This document shows positions 60,593-64,000 of a stretch of 64,000 nt of DNA, piece after piece. The DNA is from Escherichia coli (lineage in GTDB: Bacteria; Pseudomonadota; Gammaproteobacteria; Enterobacterales; Enterobacteriaceae). The notes beneath the pieces were generated by a model. It was not told the origin of the DNA, searched no databases, and worked only from the letters and a program-made list of their open reading frames with translations. Within the stretch, counting starts at the first letter, position 1. Every line of letters starts with the position of its first letter. Location of the stretch: NCBI RefSeq assembly GCF_003334355.1, contig NZ_QOWP01000011.1; one strand, given 5' to 3'. The position numbers and the translations under genes were made by a program.

Positions 60593-61342
60593 TTAAATGT
60601 CAACGACGTGAACGGTGAGTTTACTGTGCTCAAGATGCATCAGATCGCTGGCGCGTATTTTCGAATCGGTAATCACGCGATTGAATCGCTCAACGGGACC
60701 GATGGAGTATGAATGTACAGCACCAAATTTCGAGCTGTCAGTCAGGACTATCGCTTCGCACTCTTTTTCCAGCACGGCATTGACCACATCGGTACGCATC
60801 ATATCGCGACCGGTAAATCCAGTTTCAGGTTGCCAGCCATCAATACCAATAAATGCTTTGCTGAAATGCACCTGTTGGATGCACTGGCGTGTCAAAGGGC
60901 CAACCATACTTTCGCTTTTTTTCTGATACACGCCACCGAGCAAAATAACTTCACAAGGCGCGTCTTTCAGCAAATGCGCGATGTAGCTGCTGACCGTGAT
61001 GATAGTGACATTTTTCTTCTGCTCGCCCAGAGTCCGGGCGAGTAGGGCATTGCTGCTGCCATTTTCGATAAAGATGGTTTCGCCCGGTTGAACCAGCGAC
61101 GCGGCAAACTCGGCGAGTTCACGCTTCAGCGTATAGTTGCTCATCATACGGGTTTCGACGTCATCACTATCAAGCGAAACAGCAAAGCCATGTGCACGGC
61201 GGAGGTAACTCAGTTTTTCGAGTGTGTTGAGATCCTGGCGAATGGTAACTTCAGAAACTCCAGTGGCTTTTGCCAGATCGGTTACGCTAACCTGACCCTG
61301 GTCAATGACCATCTGTAGAATAGTTTGTTGTCGGGAATTCAT
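60593..61342 (-). CDS. yciT: DeoR-family transcriptional regulator
   Basis: 249 aa; N-terminal HTH. Confidence 0.92.
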   Translation of the reverse strand: MNSRQQTILQMVIDQGQVSVTDLAKATGVSEVTIRQDLNTLEKLSYLRRAHGFAVSLDSDDVETRMMSNYTLKRELAEFAASLVQPGETIFIENGSSNALLARTLGEQKKNVTIITVSSYIAHLLKDAPCEVILLGGVYQKKSESMVGPLTRQCIQQVHFSKAFIGIDGWQPETGFTGRDMMRTDVVNAVLEKECEAIVLTDSSKFGAVHSYSIGPVERFNRVITDSKIRASDLMHLEHSKLTVHVVDI

Positions 61343-61431
61343 CGCTGTAATTCTTATAACGTTATAATACTTAATAAAAAAATACTGACGCGCCGGGCAT
61401 CCTCAAATAGGAAAACCTGAAGGCACGATTG

Positions 61432-61605
61432 TTAAATCTCCCACGGTGCCTTCGGGATGTCTGGCGTAGATTCAGCAACCTGGCGCAAGAGTTCTGCTTT
61501 AAGTATCTCGAGATTATGGATCGCAGAGTGGTAATCGCCTGCCACAAGGATATCTAACACAATATCAATACGTTCGGCAACGCGCTGGGCATCAAATTCA
61601 GACAT
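61432..61605 (-). CDS. yciZ: UPF0509 small protein (57 aa)
   Basis: In-frame ATG at 61605 within ORF 61432..61647. Confidence 0.7.
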
Positions 61606-61751
61606 CAAGGACATCCTTATAGCAAAAGTAGAAAATGAATAATGCAAAAATTGCCGCTAAAAGAGAAGTGTTTAACAGCAACGGCTAATTATCATCCTGG
61701 AATACGATATATAATGACGGAATATAACGCTAAGTATATATATTCATCTAC

Positions 61752-63737
61752 TTATGCGCGCTTCAGATAGCGTTTATACCAACGTTCGAAGGCGACGGCG
61801 GGCATCGGTTTGGCAAACAAAAATCCTTGCCGCTCATTGATCCCGTTCTTGGTTAAAAAAGCATCTTCCTTTGCACTCTCTACACCTTCGGCGATCACCT
61901 GAAGATTCAATGCCTGGGCCACAGCGACGATCGCCCGGACCAGTGACTGCGAGACAGGCTGTTTGTGAATATCTCGAACAAAACCCTGGTCAAGTTTGAT
62001 GGCATCGATCGGAAAGCGCGCCAGTTGCGAAAGTGAAGAGTAGCCGGTACCAAAATCGTCCAGATGCACTTGCGCACCTAGTTGGCTAAATTGTTGAATA
62101 ACAGACAGTGCCAGTTCATCATTCTCAATCAGACAACTCTCTGTCAGTTCAACATCTATTGGGCAGTATTCAAAATTCAGTTCCTGGAGAACCTGTTTCA
62201 GGGCGGTGAAAATGGTTTGATCGGCGAGCTGACGTGCAGAAATGTTTACCGCCACTCGCAGGTTAATGCCTTTATCCCGCCACTTCGCCACCTGGCGTAC
62301 GACATCGAGAATCACCCAACGGCCTAAAGGCACAATTAGCCCTGACTCTTCGGCGTAGGAAATGAAATCCAACGGTGGAATCAACCCACGTTCAGGTGAC
62401 TGCCAACGTACTAGTGCTTCCAGACTGCGCACTTCGCCACGCCAGGTGATTTTCGGTTGATAGTGAATAACCAACTGATCGTTTTCCAGTGCTTTACGCA
62501 AGTTGGTATCCAGCCAGAGATATTCAAATACCCGCTGATTCATTTCTGGAGTAAAAACGCAAAATTGTCCTCGTCCGCCTTCCTTCGCTGTGTACATTGC
62601 TGTGTCGGCGTGACGAATAATAGCCGCGCTGTCCGAACCATGTTCGGGAGAGAGTGCAATACCTACTGAACAGCTGGTATAAACTTCAATTAAACCAATA
62701 CGAAAGGGGAGGCGTAAGCGGGTCAAAATTCGTGATGCCATTGCTTCCAGCGCGCTTTGTGAGGTATTGGATGCCAGTACCAGAAACTCATCGCCACCTG
62801 GACGCGCCAACACCTGGTCATGTTCGAGACAGCTTAAAATAGCCAATGACACGTCGCGTAATAACTGGTCACCAAACAAATGCCCATAGGCGTCGTTGAC
62901 CTTTTTAAAATTATCCAAATCAAGATACACAACCCCAACTTTATTGTTATCTGCATGATTAATAGCGTGATCGATTAACTCCTGCATTGCGTTACGATTC
63001 GGCAGTCCGGTGATACTGTCGGTATTTGCCAGAATACGCAGTCGCTCCTGAGCGCGGCGCTCTTCGGTAATGTCGGTACCGGAACAGATTAAAAAAATCT
63101 CGTTTTTGCCACTGCCGCTGTGGACAAATTTATTGCGAAACAGAAACAGCCGCTGGCCTTTACGTGTTGGTATCCACAGTTCGACTTCATATGCATTGCC
63201 GCTTCGAAAAAATACACGGTTATTGCGCCTGGATGCCGCAGCTTCACGACGGCTCATAAACAGTTTAAACACGCTTTGCCCAATGACGTCGTGTTCTTTC
63301 AACCCTGTGTAATCTTCACATAAGCGATTGAAGCGTTGAATATTCCCCCGGCTGTCGAGAATGACTATTGCGGAATGTGCTTCAGAAACTACCTGCTCAG
63401 CAAAGGAAAGCCCGTGTGATAAATCACGAGCAACCGCCGGTGTGTCATGCCATGCAGACGCGTTGCCAGCCCATTCCCGTTTATTGATTTTTCGTCCTAC
63501 CAGATGCACAGAAAGATCGCTTTCATCGACGGTCAGACTCATCATCAGGCTGGAGGTGATGACCGTCATTTCCCTGATTCGAGCAGCCTGTTCGGCAGAT
63601 AACTGCAACATACGTTCAGGTTCTGTGGTTTCGGTGGTAGAAAAGCGCAAAACATCGCTGCTTTCCGTCAACCGCCAGTATGAATTGTGCGATCCGAGAA
63701 AGTTGTACAACGTTGTGGACTCCCTAACGGTTTTCAT
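61752..63737 (-). CDS. pdeR: cyclic-di-GMP phosphodiesterase (PAS-GGDEF-EAL)
   Basis: 661 aa; degenerate GGDEF region and EAL motif (EALVRW) in translation. Confidence 0.95.
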   Translation of the reverse strand: MKTVRESTTLYNFLGSHNSYWRLTESSDVLRFSTTETTEPERMLQLSAEQAARIREMTVITSSLMMSLTVDESDLSVHLVGRKINKREWAGNASAWHDTPAVARDLSHGLSFAEQVVSEAHSAIVILDSRGNIQRFNRLCEDYTGLKEHDVIGQSVFKLFMSRREAAASRRNNRVFFRSGNAYEVELWIPTRKGQRLFLFRNKFVHSGSGKNEIFLICSGTDITEERRAQERLRILANTDSITGLPNRNAMQELIDHAINHADNNKVGVVYLDLDNFKKVNDAYGHLFGDQLLRDVSLAILSCLEHDQVLARPGGDEFLVLASNTSQSALEAMASRILTRLRLPFRIGLIEVYTSCSVGIALSPEHGSDSAAIIRHADTAMYTAKEGGRGQFCVFTPEMNQRVFEYLWLDTNLRKALENDQLVIHYQPKITWRGEVRSLEALVRWQSPERGLIPPLDFISYAEESGLIVPLGRWVILDVVRQVAKWRDKGINLRVAVNISARQLADQTIFTALKQVLQELNFEYCPIDVELTESCLIENDELALSVIQQFSQLGAQVHLDDFGTGYSSLSQLARFPIDAIKLDQGFVRDIHKQPVSQSLVRAIVAVAQALNLQVIAEGVESAKEDAFLTKNGINERQGFLFAKPMPAVAFERWYKRYLKRA

Positions 63738-63869
63738 GATGCATATCCTCCGGTTAACAGCGGAGTCCGCGGTTAAATAAAAGGAACAACATGACTTACA
63801 TGAAATTAACGGCGGCTAAACGCATTGTTTTTTTTATATATTTATTTGTAATCCAGTTTTGGAAAAACG

Positions 63870-64000
63870 GGTAATGACTCCAACTTATTGATAGTGTTTT
63901 ATGTTCAGATAATGCCCGATGACTTTGTCATGCAGCTCCACCGATTTTGAGAACGACAGCGACTTCCGTCCCAGCCGTGCCAGGTGCTGCCTCAGATTCA
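63870..64000 (-). mobile_element. IS1 insertion sequence, terminal 131 bp (remainder beyond window end)
   Basis: GGTAATGACTCCAACTTATTGATAGTGTTTTATGTTCAGATAATGCCCGATGACTTTGTCATGCAGCTCCACCGATTTTGAGAACGACAGCGACTTCCGTCCCAGCCGTGCCAGGTGCTGCCTCAGATTCA is the reverse complement of the IS1 right end as I remember it, including the terminal inverted repeat. Confidence 0.93.
63885..64000 (-). CDS. insB: IS1 transposase InsB, C-terminal fragment (gene continues beyond window)
   Basis: Minus-strand reading ...[12 protein letters not shown] ending at the stop whose complement is TTA at 63885..63887, 15 bp inside the IS1 terminus. Confidence 0.85.

Overview
This window reads as a contiguous stretch of well-characterised Escherichia coli core chromosome (K-12-like gene order), and I found no evidence of a novel or undescribed system in it. 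Every ORF longer than about 100 aa with convincing coding character is attributable to a known conserved gene, all recognised from the translations and synteny, not from any database search. Gene order is: narG (3' part)-narH-narJ-narI, the tyrT-tyrV tRNA operon with its 3' tandem repeats, purU, ychJ, rssA-rssB, galU, hns, tdk, a decayed transposase remnant (insZ-like), adhE, ychE, oppABCDF, yciU, clsA, yciY, kch, yciI, tonB, yciA-yciB-yciC, ompW, yciE-yciF-yciG, the complete trp operon (trpL leader and attenuator, trpEDCBA), yciV-yciO-yciQ, rluB, btuR-yciK, sohB, yciN, topA, cysB, ymiA-yciX, acnA, ribA, pgpB, lapA-lapB, pyrF-yciH, osmB, yciT, yciZ and pdeR. The only mobile DNA is the insZ-like remnant (12619..13515) and the terminal 131 bp of an IS1 element at the right edge (63870..64000), about 130 bp upstream of pdeR. 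The IS1 edge is the most noteworthy observation because I do not recall an IS1 at this position in the MG1655 reference. CDS coordinates come from the supplied ORF track, with start codons re-chosen where the track over-extends through alternative starts; hand-placed small features (terminators, promoters, repeats) may be off by 1-2 bp.
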